In this document: in pieces, positions 22,926 through 36,819 of the stretch
How the letters are laid out: each line of letters opens with the position of its first letter
How positions within the stretch are numbered: position 1 is the stretch's first letter
Origin: Octopus sinensis
Taxonomy: Eukaryota
NCBI RefSeq assembly: GCF_006345805.1
Contig: NC_043006.1
Span: 4,216,001 to 4,280,000 of the forward strand
Reading direction: 5' to 3'
DNA length: 64,000 nucleotides
The notes under the pieces: model-generated
Database searches by the model: none
Told to the model about the DNA's origin: nothing
What the model saw: only the letters and a program-made list of their open reading frames with translations
Made by a program: the position numbers and the translations under genes

Positions 22926-25826
22926 AATTTGACATACAGATTATTTAATTAATTTTTTCCTCTTCTACAGAACACCAATGCAAAGTCAAGCCAGGCCATC
23001 ATGTTATAAAAGTACGATAATAGAAAAGTGGGTGGAGGGATTAAAACAGCGAAGAGGGAAAAAATGAAACTGAAGAATTTGAGGTGTAGCAAAATTAAAC
23101 AGCAGAAAAAGTAAAGAAATAAGTAAAATACAAAGGCACAAAAAGGAACAGAAAAAAATTATAAAAGTTTAAAAAAAGAAGAGAAAAAAGGGAAAGGGTG
23201 GAAGGAAGGAAAAGGAATAAAACTTGTAAAAATTATAGAACACAAGAGCAATGTATAAGCAGGGACATTCATAAGCGTCACCTGAGTTCTTTTTTAAACT
23301 GTTTCTTACTTTCACTCCTACATCCGTGCTAGCATCTCTCACCTTGGGATTTAAGCTAACCATTGGGGTTTTTTTCAAAAGATCAAGGGCAGCAACGGAG
23401 AATAATCTTCATCATCATTGTCAATATCAATATTATTATTAATTTAATTTAAGTAATATAAATACTGTGTGATTGATGTTTATTTAGTTTGTGAGTGACT
23501 TGTATAAACAGGGAGCATGTGTATGTATAGAGATGGGAATACATATGTGATTTGTGCTTGTACTTAGAGCCCTTTTTTGTAAAACCAAGGAAGATCCAAG
23601 ATCTTCGAACAAAAGCCAGTGACCCTGAACCACCACAAAAACTGACGACCTTGTATGCATCGTCGTAATTCACACTCGACAACCATCTTGCACAATGATT
23701 AAATGCCACGCAATATAGGGAAGATCAAGTACATCTTCGAATAACGAGCCTTCCACAAATCCCGAATGAATATTGATGCTCTGTCATCTCAATTACTGTT
23801 ACACATTGTGCACAAAAGTTTTCTCCATTGAAACATTCAAATGCAGAGGTTTTTATATCCCTGATTTTCCAGTTTGAGTGCAAGTTTTTTTGATGTTCAT
23901 GTATTACCGGCTACCCTCCACTATTTTAAGCTTCCAGGCATCCTCGATAGTTAGTTGAATTAAGGTGAAATTTTGAGAAATATTGGTCTATTTTCGTCAA
24001 TAACAGATATATTGTGCAATGAGTCCAATGTGCATGCATGAAGGTATTTAGGATGCATAGCGATTAAAATGTAATAAGAGTGAGGAGAAATTGTGTGGAT
24101 ATTGACACACTTTATTGAAATAAATACGTTTCCCCAAAATTAAACGTATGCAAAGCATATTTATAGCAACTCACACATATATAAATACAATTCACCATAC
24201 ACTTAACCACATACACACTATCATACACATTTTACCCAAACATGCCCATAAACACTCACAAACATTCACATACACAACGTGCATACACATACAATTGACC
24301 CTTACACTAAAAATATAAGTGAGGCTGACCTAAGTAATTTTGGATGAATGGGTTTATATTTTGCTATCTTGTTCTACTAAAGTGTAGTAAGTATGTTTTT
24401 TAAAGAGCATTATTATGTAGTTTTTTTAAACTTCAGGGGGACCACCTTCATGAAATATCGTGATATAGGATGTGGCCCGTTTGGGGTCAATCGGTTCAAT
24501 TGGCCTAAGACCAACCCTGTACGTAGATGTTACTACACTTTATTATTCCTTCATCTTCTGCTCATATGCTACACCTGCATGCAATTACAGTCTGTTGGGC
24601 TAAACCTGGCCTGAATATATTAACAGAGTGCTTGAAAATACCTTCCACTGGGTTTATACAAATTATTTTCTCTTTCAACTTCACAAAGACACACTCATTG
24701 GCGCTACAAATACTAAGCCATTAAATCACTGTACATTGTTCCTGGTGAACAAACATCCTCAACAAATACGACAAGCAAATATGCAGGCAAACTGACACAG
24801 AACCAGTGGCTGAGACAATGACGGGCACCTATAAGAGATGAAGGTAGTGTCAAGAGCAACAGAGGATATTTATGTGCAATAAACGGTGGTGCCGTGTACA
24901 ATGATGGTGGAACACGAGCACATTTACAGCAGAGATTTAAGGCACGTCCCTGTACCGACACGCAAGAAGCATATCATGTAATGACAAGATTTCTTTCCTA
25001 ACCTCGTCCTAAATTTCCACAGTAATGTTGATACGATAGATAAGAAATAATGACAAACCTGCAGCTGCTGGTTCAGCAAAAAATAAAAGCATAATTGCCA
25101 GAACAGTCGTCATCTGTAATGAAAAATTAAATAAAGATGTGATACATTTGCAAACATATCTTGTGTTATAGATTGAGAGAATTTAATTCAGATGATGACT
25201 AAAACACTATCTTATTTATGAGTATGCAGAATACAGCTGGTTTCCTTTATGGAATAGATCCTAAGTGGGTCTGAAGAAAAAATATTACAGTCATCAAACC
25301 TGTTCGAATAACACATGAACTATTTGATAGGGCTACTCTGTAAAGTCACGAGTGAGAAGAGAAATTTTGTGAAAAATAAATGAGACTAAGTTCGATACAT
25401 TTTCGAGTATAGGCCAGCCGACATAACAGAGCCGTGATCTCTTTTCTGTAAAAGCATTCGGAAACAGTTATGTAGGGTTTTAAAACTAAAGTGTCTGAAC
25501 ATAAGCTGGACCAGGGGCTTTCTAGTTTGATATCTTTTTCAAACATTAAAAAAAAAATTTCTCTTCGTAATATCTATATTCTCTAGCCTTGACTTATTTT
25601 CCTGTTCACTTTTAAACTCCTGAAACTAATCTGTTTTGTTGTTGTGTTGAACTTCCTTGCTCCAGACATCTAACCAAAAGATCCTTGCTGCTTCAACATT
25701 TGGTATATTATTCCTTTGATATTCATTCTCTTTGTTCAGCCATTGATAAAATTTCCTTTCGTTGTTCCTAAATATCCTGTTTTACTGATAATACTTTTAG
25801 AATGGAACTAGAAGGCTCCCGATACC

Positions 25827-26298
25827 TGTGGAGTGTCTCCTTCTCTCATTACAATGATTTTTTTATAGTCTTAGGATTCTGGAACTTGAAGACGAAGAGG
25901 CTTACAAGCGGATGCAATTCAATGGTTGTTTATTTGGTTCTCATTTCATGGGGTTTGCTCCCAGTGACCATCTGTATGTCAGCGCGTAGTTCGTTAGCTC
26001 CGTTTGGGAGAGATACATTACCTCTGGAGATAATGGGTAAAGTTAGAGCGAGTTAAGGAGTTAAGAATCTGCTGTGAGCTGCTAGGTTGCAGTGTTGTTC
26101 ATCGCGAGCGCCAACGCGAGAGAAGAGAACGGGTTGCTCAATACACCTCCTTAAATAGATGTTGCCCACGAGAGCCTTGCTGTCTTCTCGCGCATGGCAA
26201 ACATGGTTCTAGGCGAGATCTTGCTCTTGTCTTGGACCTGGCAATGGCCGCCAGCGAGATCTCATATAAAATGGCGCTGGCTTCTTGTGTCATGCTAC
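25827..26298 (-). mobile_element. Possible solo LTR (duplicated ~36004-36476)
   Basis: Minus strand starts TGTAGCATG, has TATTTAA then AATAAA and ends ...CCACA; no TSD found. Confidence 0.35.
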
Positions 26299-26613
26299 AC
26301 TTTCTTTGTTTTTGCTTTTTTTGTCTGCCTTAGGTTTCTGCTCTATTTTTCCTGTTTGACTTTTAACTCTTAATTTTTACAGCAACAGAAGCTGCGCAAT
26401 ATATTAGATAATTTACTTTTGTTATGTTCCCGTCTTTGATTTTCGCAAATAGTTTACCTGTACATGAGATCATTTATGTATCATTACTATTATAATTATT
26501 ATTACAAGGGGGATCTGTAGAATTCCCACAGAAAGAAAAACATTAAGAGAAGCTATTTAAGAAAGAAAGGATATTTTTTATTTGAGTGTAACAGGACATC
26601 TGCAAAGACCCTT

Positions 26614-26644
<31 letters not shown>

Positions 26645-27159
26645 TAATATATGTCAATGAAAATATGGATTAGAAGCAGCTCAAGGCATGTAAACAATAT
26701 CGAACACACATATAAAGGTATGTATTTTGCTAGTTCGTGGATAAGCGTAAGAGAATATATTCTCAGCAATGCACCTGGCGTTAAAACACCAGTGTATGTG
26801 TGTTCGATATATATATATATAATTAGCATCTGCATTGAGAGACTAATAACCCATTGTAGAAGCCACTATACATATATTTTAGTACGAAGTATTAGCTAAG
26901 TATAGAAATAAGAAAGAGAGATGACAAAGGAATAAATTATCATCTTATGGACTTCATTAGCTTACAGCTGTTTCTGTTATATAAGAAGCAGTAAACTCAC
27001 AGTTGTCTGCCTAAATAACACTCTATAGCTTCATCGGACCTTCGAATATGAAGCCAGAGCTCCGATGAAGCTATGGAGTGTTATTCAGGTACTCAACAAT
27101 GAGTCCACTGCATCTTATAGAAGCTGTGAACTAATGATGTTCATAAGGTAATCATTTGT

Positions 27160-29995
27160 TCGTTTGTTATCTTGCATGGATGCCCAGAAGATGACCCGCA
27201 AGGAGAAGAAGGGTCTGGAGACTTAAAGATCCTGCTAACGGACATAGATTTAGAGACATATTACTCGGAGCCTTTGACGAAATAGAAGCGGATATAGCTT
27301 CACATGGTATAGAAGAGAACTGGAGGTTCCTACGGGACAACCTGCTAAGGCCACCGACCAGCTCTGTGGATGGTGCAAAGTCCCCTCTCAACCCAAATTA
27401 ACGTGGTGGAACAATGTTGTTTATAAGGCTATTAGACAAAAGAGACAGGCTTGGAAGGACTTGAAGAACGGTGGTAACAGGGAAGTGTATCAGACTGCCA
27501 GAAGGGAAGGTAGGAGGCAGGTTTATTTAGCCAGAGGGGAAGCAGATAAGAAAAAATTTACCAATGTTCTGTGCTGTGAGGACCAAAGACTTGAGGTATT
27601 TTGTGTTGCAAAGACAGTGAGTGAGAGAGAATCGTGATGTGGTAGGAGAGAAATGTGTTCGCATGGAAGACGGGTCACTTGCGCTAAATGAGGATGCAAA
27701 GAGAGAGGTTTGGAGACGCCACTATGAAAGGTTGCTGAATAAAGAAAATGAATGGGATAAAGAGAGTCTGCTGAATGTCGACCCAACAGAGGGACCAGCT
27801 ATCCGAGTTGACAGTTCCATGGTAGTTAAGGAAATTAGAAGTATGAAGACAGGGAAAGCCCCAGGCCCATGAGGAATCACTGCAGAGATGCTCAAAAATA
27901 TAGGGAAGTGTCAGCTATAGCCTAGTCACTCATATAGTTAACCAGATGATACACGAAGGAGTCATACCCAATGACTGGTGTAGCAGTGACGCCCTAGATA
28001 CAAATAATTACAGAAGTATCAAGCTGTTGGATCAGGTAATGAAGGTTATGGAGAGGGTCATAGCCCAACTAATTAGAGAGAGAGTTAGTTTAGATGAGAT
28101 GCAGTTTGGGTTTGTGCCAGGGAAAAGCACCACTAATGCCATATTTCTGGTAAGACATCTGCAGGAGAAATATCTAGCCAAAGATAAACCCCTGTACCTG
28201 GCTTTCGTTGACATGGAGAGAGCTTTTGATAGGGTCCCCCCATTCCTTATCTGATGGTCAATGAGGAAACTAGGGATAGATGAATGGTTAGTGAGAGCTG
28301 TGCAAGCCATGTACAGGGAGGCTGTAAGTAAGGTAAGGGTTGGCAACGAGTACACTGAAGAATTCAAGGTAGAGTTTGGGGTCCAGTCCTCAGCCCCCTC
28401 CTATTTATCATAGTCCTCCAGGCAATAACAGAGGAATTCAAGATAGGATGCCCCTGGGAGCTCCTCTATGCTGACGACCTTGCTCTAATTGCTGAGTCAC
28501 TATCAGAACTAGAGGAGAAGTGTGGAAACAAGGATTAGAATCGAAGGGCCTTAGAGTCAACCTGGCTAAAACCGAAGTCCTAATAAGTAGGAAGGTTGGC
28601 AAACCACAAATGCCTTCAGGTAGATGGCCCTGCTCGATCTGTAGTAGAGGCGTAGGTGGAAGCTCTATAAGATGTACCCAGTGGAAGACTAACTGGGAAG
28701 ATAGCTTTTGTATGTGGCAGATGCTCAGGTGCAATAAACACTGACAATGCGCAGGGAACAACTTCCGCCACATTCCAGGGGGAAAAACTAGAAATAGTTG
28801 ATAGCTTCCGTTATCTAGGTGACCAACTCAGTAGCGGAGGAGGGTGCGCTGAAAGTGTAGCTGCTAGAATAAGTATAGCTTGGGCAAAGTTCAGAGAGCT
28901 CTTACCTCTGCTGGCGACAAAGGGCCTCTCGCTCAGAGTAAAAGGTAGACTGTATGATGCATGTGTACGAATAGCCATGTTACATGGCAGTGAAACATGG
29001 GCTGTGACTGCTGAGGACATGCGTAAGCTCACAAGGAATGAAGCCCGTATGATCCAATGGATGTGTAATGTCAGTGTGCATACTCGACAGATTGTAAGTA
29101 CCTTGAGAGAAATGTTGGACCTAAGAAGCATTAGATGTGGTGTGCAAGAGACACGACTGCACTGGTATGGTCATGTTGCGAGAATGTATGAAGATAGTTG
29201 TGTGAAAAAGTGCCACACCCTAGCGGTTGAGGGAATCTGTGGAAGACCTGGGAGGAAGTGGTGAAGCACGACCTTCGAACATTAGGTCTCACCAAGGAAA
29301 CGACTAGCGACTGAGACTTTTGGAAATATGCTGTGCTCGAGAAGACCCGGCAAGCCAAATGAGACCATAACCCGTGGCCTATGCCAGGAGCGTAACCAGC
29401 CCGCTTATGCGTACCTTTTCCTTCCTTTTTTGGTCACTAAACTCTGCTGGCGAAGACCTGTTGAGGCAAGTGAAATCAAAATCAAAATCAATTCGATGAC
29501 TGGCATTTGTGCTAGCAGGGTGCAAAGAACACCATACGAGTGTGATCGTTGACAGAGCGGCTATTCGAGTGTGATCGTTACCAGCGTCGCCTTACTGGCA
29601 CTTACGCCTGTGCTAGTAGGGTGCCAAGAGCACCAGCTGAGCGTGATCGTTGCCAGAGCAGCCAACTGGCTTCCGTACCCGTGGCACGTAAAAGGGAACC
29701 ATTCGAGCCTGATCGTTACCAACGTCGCTTCACTGGCACCTGTGCAAGTGGCACGTGTAAAAAGATTCAAGCGAGATCATTGCCAGTACTGCCTGACTGG
29801 CCCTCGTGCTGGTGGCACGTAAAAAGCACGCACTACACTCTCGGAGTGGTTGGCGTTAGGAAGGGCATCCAGTTGTAGAAACTCTACTAGATCAAGATTG
29901 GGGACTGGTGCAGACATCTGGTTCGCCAGCCCTCAGTCAAAATCGTCCGACCCATGCTAGCATGGAAAGCGGACGTTAAACGATGATGATGATGG
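27160..29995 (+). mobile_element. RTE-clade LINE, 5'-truncated and decayed, with (GAT)n tail
   Basis: MKTGKAPGP, NYRSIKLL, QFGFVPGKSTTNAIF, LYLAFVDMERAFDRVP, LLYADDL, FRYLG, MLHGSETW, RL.WYGHV; tail CATGCTAGCATGGAAAGCGGACGTTAAACGATGATG. Confidence 0.92.
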
Positions 29996-30011
29996 TATAT
30001 ATATATATATA

Positions 30012-30335
30012 GGCATAAGCGTGGCTGTGTGGTAAGAAGCTTACCGAAGACCTATGAGGGGATTTGTAGACGGAAATTGAAAGAAGTCTGTCATATATAT
30101 GTATGTATATATTTGTGTTTGTATGTTTGTATTTGTCCCTCTACCATCGCTTGACAAGTGATGCTGGTGTGTTTATGTCCCTGTAACTTAGTGGCTCAGC
30201 AAAACAGTCCGATAGAATTAGTGCTAGGCTTACAAAGAATAAGTTCTGGGGTCGATTTTTTCGACTAACACTCTTTAAGGTGGTGTTTCAGCATGACCGC
30301 AGTCAGATGGCGAAACAAATGAAAAGAGTAAAAAG
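30012..30335 (+). mobile_element. SINE family A, internally deleted (duplicated ~40187-40510)
   Basis: GGCTGTGTGGTAAG head and TTACAAAGAATAAG..GGGGTCGAT 3' part. Confidence 0.8.
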
Positions 30336-30344
30336 ATGAATAGG

Positions 30345-30376
<32 letters not shown>

Positions 30377-32120
30377 TAAAAGGAGAGAGGTAGATATATA
30401 GATAGATATTTATACATTTAAGAATAAGGCTAAGGACTTTGCAGACTTACCGTTTAATTAGAAAGTTGTTTGTTATATTTTTGAGTACAGTCTAAGGAAT
30501 ACGTTACACTGATGCTACGGCAGAAAAGGTGGATTTTGTCATCAACTGTGACACATCAGCAAAGGTGTGTGTGTGTGTGCACTCGTAATGTCTGTTATAA
30601 TAGCCATTAGTAATTTATCATCAGTTGAAAATTCAATAGAAAATCCCACCAAACACTTGTTTACTAGCTGCAATTATATATTTATGCCTGTTTACTTATC
30701 TATATCTTTCTTTAACGCTTTGTTAAGAACAAACGGGTAATCTGCAGAGTTGGAGTAATAATAATTCACTCATAGAGCTATTTACTTTTCTTTTTAGACT
30801 GGCATGGTTTAGAGCAGTGGGTCTTAACCTAGATGATAGCGCCAGTTTTGGAGCGTTGCGAGTTCACAGAGGCTCAAAAAAAAATGTGAAGTAGTTACTA
30901 CAGGGTCGCTGAAGAAATATTTTAACAAATACAGCACATTCGTTTAAACACATTTTCGAAATAGTTGCAAGAATTGGGATATGAGAAGAACAGTGTAATC
31001 AGAAATATGGCTGATGAGTTTCAAGTTCCAAAATAATAAGTCTTCTCTTTCTTTCAGAATTTCTGTACAAATTCAGCATAAGAGCACACTACTTCATGTA
31101 AAATATCTAAAACGATGCACATGCACGGCGGACCTACTGTAAAAACTTATGGACACCACTGCGCAAAATTGGGTTCAATTTGATTACAATAATCTTTATT
31201 TTTTTGTAAAACGGTGGGAAAGACATTTGTCAAATACCAGCTACAAAATATTGTGAATCTGTTTTCTAAAGGAAGGGGTTGTTTTCATGGCCTTTGAGGT
31301 CAACATGGTTACTGTTTCTTAAAACATTTGAAGTTGATGGCAAGAAGAAAAACGTGTAATTATTCAGTTATTTCAGAGATTTTAATATGGGCTACCACAT
31401 TATGAAAGACACATATAAGAGAGTTTAGTGAGTCTGGAGAGGGTTAATGTAGGTGGTGAGAGACCAAACAACTTCCAGAAGTAGACACCATTGCAATGGT
31501 AGTAACAAAGGTAGATAGTGAGGAAAGGGAACTTTCGTGTGTCAGAAGTTGTAGTGCGTTTATGGACAACTTCATGTTCATCAATCTTGGTGTTGTACAG
31601 CCTCAGTTGAGATCTGGTCCAGCAAACTTTTGACACACAGATAGTAAACCATCAATTAGGTTCGATTCACAAATGTGTTGCACCAGATATACCATGGTTC
31701 TGTCTGGCTAACGGGTATACATTTTACATTGATATGAAGTGACCAAACACTTTCAACTCACAATGTGGCTGGTCAAAGTGAGGCACTATAGAAGATACCT
31801 GCTAAGGCTGCCATACAGCTAGTTCGAACTCAGAACCACCTAGATGTGAATTTAAACTTTTAACCACATAGGCATGTTTGTGTTCCTTCAAGTGATTTAT
31901 GTCTATATCGTTAATCAATAGTTTAGGTAGAAGATTTTGCTATCGTTAAGCCCAATGTCAGTTTTGATAGAGCAGACCTGTGATCAAAGGCGTTCCAGCC
32001 ATCACCAGCCTTTCTGTTTTCAGGCATATTTATCTAAGACTGCATTATCCTATTTCTCTTTTCTTTTTTAGGATAGTAGGGTGTGGTTTGAGGGAGATTT
32101 TGCTCTGCTTTCTATCAAGT

Positions 32121-32220
32121 NNNNNNNNNNNNNNNNNNNNNNNNNNNNNNNNNNNNNNNNNNNNNNNNNNNNNNNNNNNNNNNNNNNNNNNNNNNNNNNN
32201 NNNNNNNNNNNNNNNNNNNN
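32121..32220. other. Assembly gap (100 N)
   Basis: Run of exactly 100 N. Confidence 1.
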
Positions 32221-35200
32221 TATATATGTATAGGCAATTATGCAGATAAATAAATTAGGTAGATTAATTATTTCAAATATATTGAATAACATTTTTGGGG
32301 TATGAAATACAAAATATTATCATTCAACCACAGTAGTGGTTAAGTCCACCATTACGTCAGTCACAGCAACTTCCAAGCTTCACCACTAATTCAGTTCTCA
32401 ACTAAATTTCAAACTGTTAACAGTTTTAAAGAGGACACCTCCTTAGTTACACTTTGGCATAAATAGTTTGAGATTTGGTTCAGTGGAAAAAAAGTTACAT
32501 CAAAATATCTGCGACCTCAAGGGAGGCAGTAAGGTAGGTATTCATCTTCAATTAGCATAATTTTTAAAATTTTAATATAAGTGTATACTTTTCTTAGGCT
32601 TAAATGATAGAAAAATGCAGAAGGAATTCAGAATCGTTAGTTGCACTGAACAAACATTAGTAGAAATAAGTATCAGGTAGAATACCACGAAATTTAATGT
32701 CAGTAAGTTAGGAAGTAAGGGTGTAATGTCCCATGCAATAAGAATAAAGAATGTATTTCTAAAATGAATGTTTACTTTCTAAGGCGGTGAGATGGCAGAA
32801 AAGTTAGTGTGCGGGTGAAATGCTTAGCGGTATTTCCACTGAGTTCAAATTCTGCTGAGGTCGATTTTGCCTTTTATCCCTTTTGGATCTATTCAAAGTG
32901 ACGTACAGGTTATTTAATTAATTCTTTTAACTAAACACTTTGAAACTTCCGATACTGGTACAATGTATCACATAGAACAGGGTTTACACTTAATGTTTTT
33001 CACAAAATTTTGTATTTTAGAAGCGGTATTTCATCTGTCTTTATGTTCTCAGTTCAAATTCCGACAAGGTCGACTTTGCCTTTCATCCATTTCGGATCTA
33101 TTCAATTTGACATACAGATTATTTAATTAATTTTTTCCTCTTCTACAGAACACCAATGCAAAGTCAAGCCAGGCCATCATGTTATAAAAGTACGATAATA
33201 GAAAAGTGGGTGGAGGGATTAAAACAGCGAAGAGGGAAAAAATGAAACTGAAGAATTTGAGGTGTAGCAAAATTAAACAGCAGAAAAAGTAAAGAAATAA
33301 GTAAAATACAAAGGCACAAAAAGGAACAGAAAAAAATTATAAAAGTTTAAAAAAAGAAGAGAAAAAAGGGAAAGGGTGGAAGGAAGGAAAAGGAATAAAA
33401 CTTGTAAAAATTATAGAACACAAGAGCAATGTATAAGCAGGGACATTCATAAGCGTCACCTGAGTTCTTTTTTAAACTGTTTCTTACTTTCACTCCTACA
33501 TCCGTGCTAGCATCTCTCACCTTGGGATTTAAGCTAACCATTGGGGTTTTTTTCAAAAGATCAAGGGCAGCAACGGAGAATAATCTTCATCATCATTGTC
33601 AATATCAATATTATTATTAATTTAATTTAAGTAATATAAATACTGTGTGATTGATGTTTATTTAGTTTGTGAGTGACTTGTATAAACAGGGAGCATGTGT
33701 ATGTATAGAGATGGGAATACATATGTGATTTGTGCTTGTACTTAGAGCCCTTTTTTGTAAAACCAAGGAAGATCCAAGATCTTCGAACAAAAGCCAGTGA
33801 CCCTGAACCACCACAAAAACTGACGACCTTGTATGCATCGTCGTAATTCACACTCGACAACCATCTTGCACAATGATTAAATGCCACGCAATATAGGGAA
33901 GATCAAGTACATCTTCGAATAACGAGCCTTCCACAAATCCCGAATGAATATTGATGCTCTGTCATCTCAATTACTGTTACACATTGTGCACAAAAGTTTT
34001 CTCCATTGAAACATTCAAATGCAGAGGTTTTTATATCCCTGATTTTCCAGTTTGAGTGCAAGTTTTTTTGATGTTCATGTATTACCGGCTACCCTCCACT
34101 ATTTTAAGCTTCCAGGCATCCTCGATAGTTAGTTGAATTAAGGTGAAATTTTGAGAAATATTGGTCTATTTTCGTCAATAACAGATATATTGTGCAATGA
34201 GTCCAATGTGCATGCATGAAGGTATTTAGGATGCATAGCGATTAAAATGTAATAAGAGTGAGGAGAAATTGTGTGGATATTGACACACTTTATTGAAATA
34301 AATACGTTTCCCCAAAATTAAACGTATGCAAAGCATATTTATAGCAACTCACACATATATAAATACAATTCACCATACACTTAACCACATACACACTATC
34401 ATACACATTTTACCCAAACATGCCCATAAACACTCACAAACATTCACATACACAACGTGCATACACATACAATTGACCCTTACACTAAAAATATAAGTGA
34501 GGCTGACCTAAGTAATTTTGGATGAATGGGTTTATATTTTGCTATCTTGTTCTACTAAAGTGTAGTAAGTATGTTTTTTAAAGAGCATTATTATGTAGTT
34601 TTTTTAAACTTCAGGGGGACCACCTTCATGAAATATCGTGATATAGGATGTGGCCCGTTTGGGGTCAATCGGTTCAATTGGCCTAAGACCAACCCTGTAC
34701 GTAGATGTTACTACACTTTATTATTCCTTCATCTTCTGCTCATATGCTACACCTGCATGCAATTACAGTCTGTTGGGCTAAACCTGGCCTGAATATATTA
34801 ACAGAGTGCTTGAAAATACCTTCCACTGGGTTTATACAAATTATTTTCTCTTTCAACTTCACAAAGACACACTCATTGGCGCTACAAATACTAAGCCATT
34901 AAATCACTGTACATTGTTCCTGGTGAACAAACATCCTCAACAAATACGACAAGCAAATATGCAGGCAAACTGACACAGAACCAGTGGCTGAGACAATGAC
35001 GGGCACCTATAAGAGATGAAGGTAGTGTCAAGAGCAACAGAGGATATTTATGTGCAATAAACGGTGGTGCCGTGTACAATGATGGTGGAACACGAGCACA
35101 TTTACAGCAGAGATTTAAGGCACGTCCCTGTACCGACACGCAAGAAGCATATCATGTAATGACAAGATTTCTTTCCTAACCTCGTCCTAAATTTCCACAG

Positions 35201-36788
35201 TAATGTTGATACGATAGATAAGAAATAATGACAAACCTGCAGCTGCTGGTTCAGCAAAAAATAAAAGCATAATTGCCAGAACAGTCGTCATCTGTAATGA
35301 AAAATTAAATAAAGATGTGATACGTTTGCAAACATATCTTGTGTTATAGATTGAGAGAATTTAATTCAGATGATGAGTAAAATACTATCTTATTTATGAG
35401 TATGCAGAATACAGCTGGTTTCCTTTATGGAATAGATCCTAAGTGGGTCTGAAGAAAAAATATTACAGTCATCAAACCTGTTCGAATAACATATGAACTA
35501 TTTGAAAGGCTACTCTGTAAAGTCACGAGTGAGAAGAGAAATTTTGTGAAAAATAAATGAGACTAAGTTCGATACATTTTCGAGTATAGGCCAGCCGACA
35601 TAACAGAGCCGTGATCTCTTTTCTGTAAAAGCATTCGGAAACAGTTATGTAGGATTTTACAACTAGTGTCTGAACATAAGCTGGACCAGGGGCTTTCTAG
35701 TTTGATATCTTTTTCAAACATTAAAAAAAAAAATTTCTCTTCGTAATATCTATATTCTCTAGCCTTGACTTATTTTCCTGTTCACTTTTAAACTCCTGAA
35801 ACTAATCTGTTTTGTTGTTGTGTTGAACTTCCTTGCTCCAGACATCTAACCAAAAGATCCTTGCTGCTTCAACATTTTGGTATATTATTCCTTTGATATT
35901 CATTCTCTTTGTTCAGCCATTCATAAAATTTCCTTTCGTTGTTCCTAAATATCCTGTTTTACTGATAATACTTTTAGAATGGAACTAGAAGGCTCCCGAT
36001 ACCTGTCGAGTGTCTCCTTCTCCCATTACAATGATTTTTTTATAGTCTTAGGATTCTGGAACTTGAAGACGAAGAGGCTTACAAGCGGATGCAATTCAAT
36101 GGTTGTTTATTTGGTTCTCATTTCATGGGGTTTGCTCCCAGTGACCATCTGTATGTCAGCGCGTAGTTCGTTAGTTCCGTTTGGGAGAGATACATTACCT
36201 CTGGAGATAATGGGTAAAGTTAGAGCGAGTTAAGGAGTTAAGAATCTGCTGTGAGCTGCTAGGTTGCAGTGTTGTTCATTGCGAGCGCCAACGCGAGAGA
36301 AGAGAACGGGTTGCTCAATACACCTCCTTAAATAGATGTTGCCCACGAGAGCCTTGCTGTCTTCTCGCGCATGGCAAACATGGTTCTAGGCGAGATCTTG
36401 CTCTTGTCTTGGACCTGGCAATGGCCGCCAGCGAGATCTCATATAAAATGGCGCTGGCTTCTTGTGTCATGCTACACTTTCTTTGTTTTTGCTTTTTTTC
36501 TGCCTTAGGTTTCTGCTCTATTTTTCCTGTTTGACTTTTAACTCTTAATTTTTACAGCAACAGAAGCTGCGCAATATATTAGATAATTTACTTTTGTTAT
36601 GTTCCCGTCTTTGATTTTCGCAAATAGTTTACCTGTACATGAGATCATTTATGTATCATTACTATTATAATTATTATTACAAGGGGGATCTGTAGAATTC
36701 CCACAGAAAGAAAAACATTAAGAGAAGCTATTTAAGAAAGAAAGGATATTTTTTATTTGAGTGTAACAGGACATCTGCAAAGACCCTT

Positions 36789-36819
<31 letters not shown>

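Larger units (their letters stand above)
22042..32120 (+). repeat. 10.1-kb segment, copy 1 (near-identical to 32221-42310)
   Basis: Colinear sequence at offset ~10.18 kb with scattered SNPs and small indels. Confidence 0.95.

Noticed and set aside
23720-23900. Minus-strand WKIRDIK..CFNGENFCAQC peptide, faintly like a Penelope GIY-YIG C-terminus
   Set aside because: Similarity too weak; no RT or ribozyme nearby
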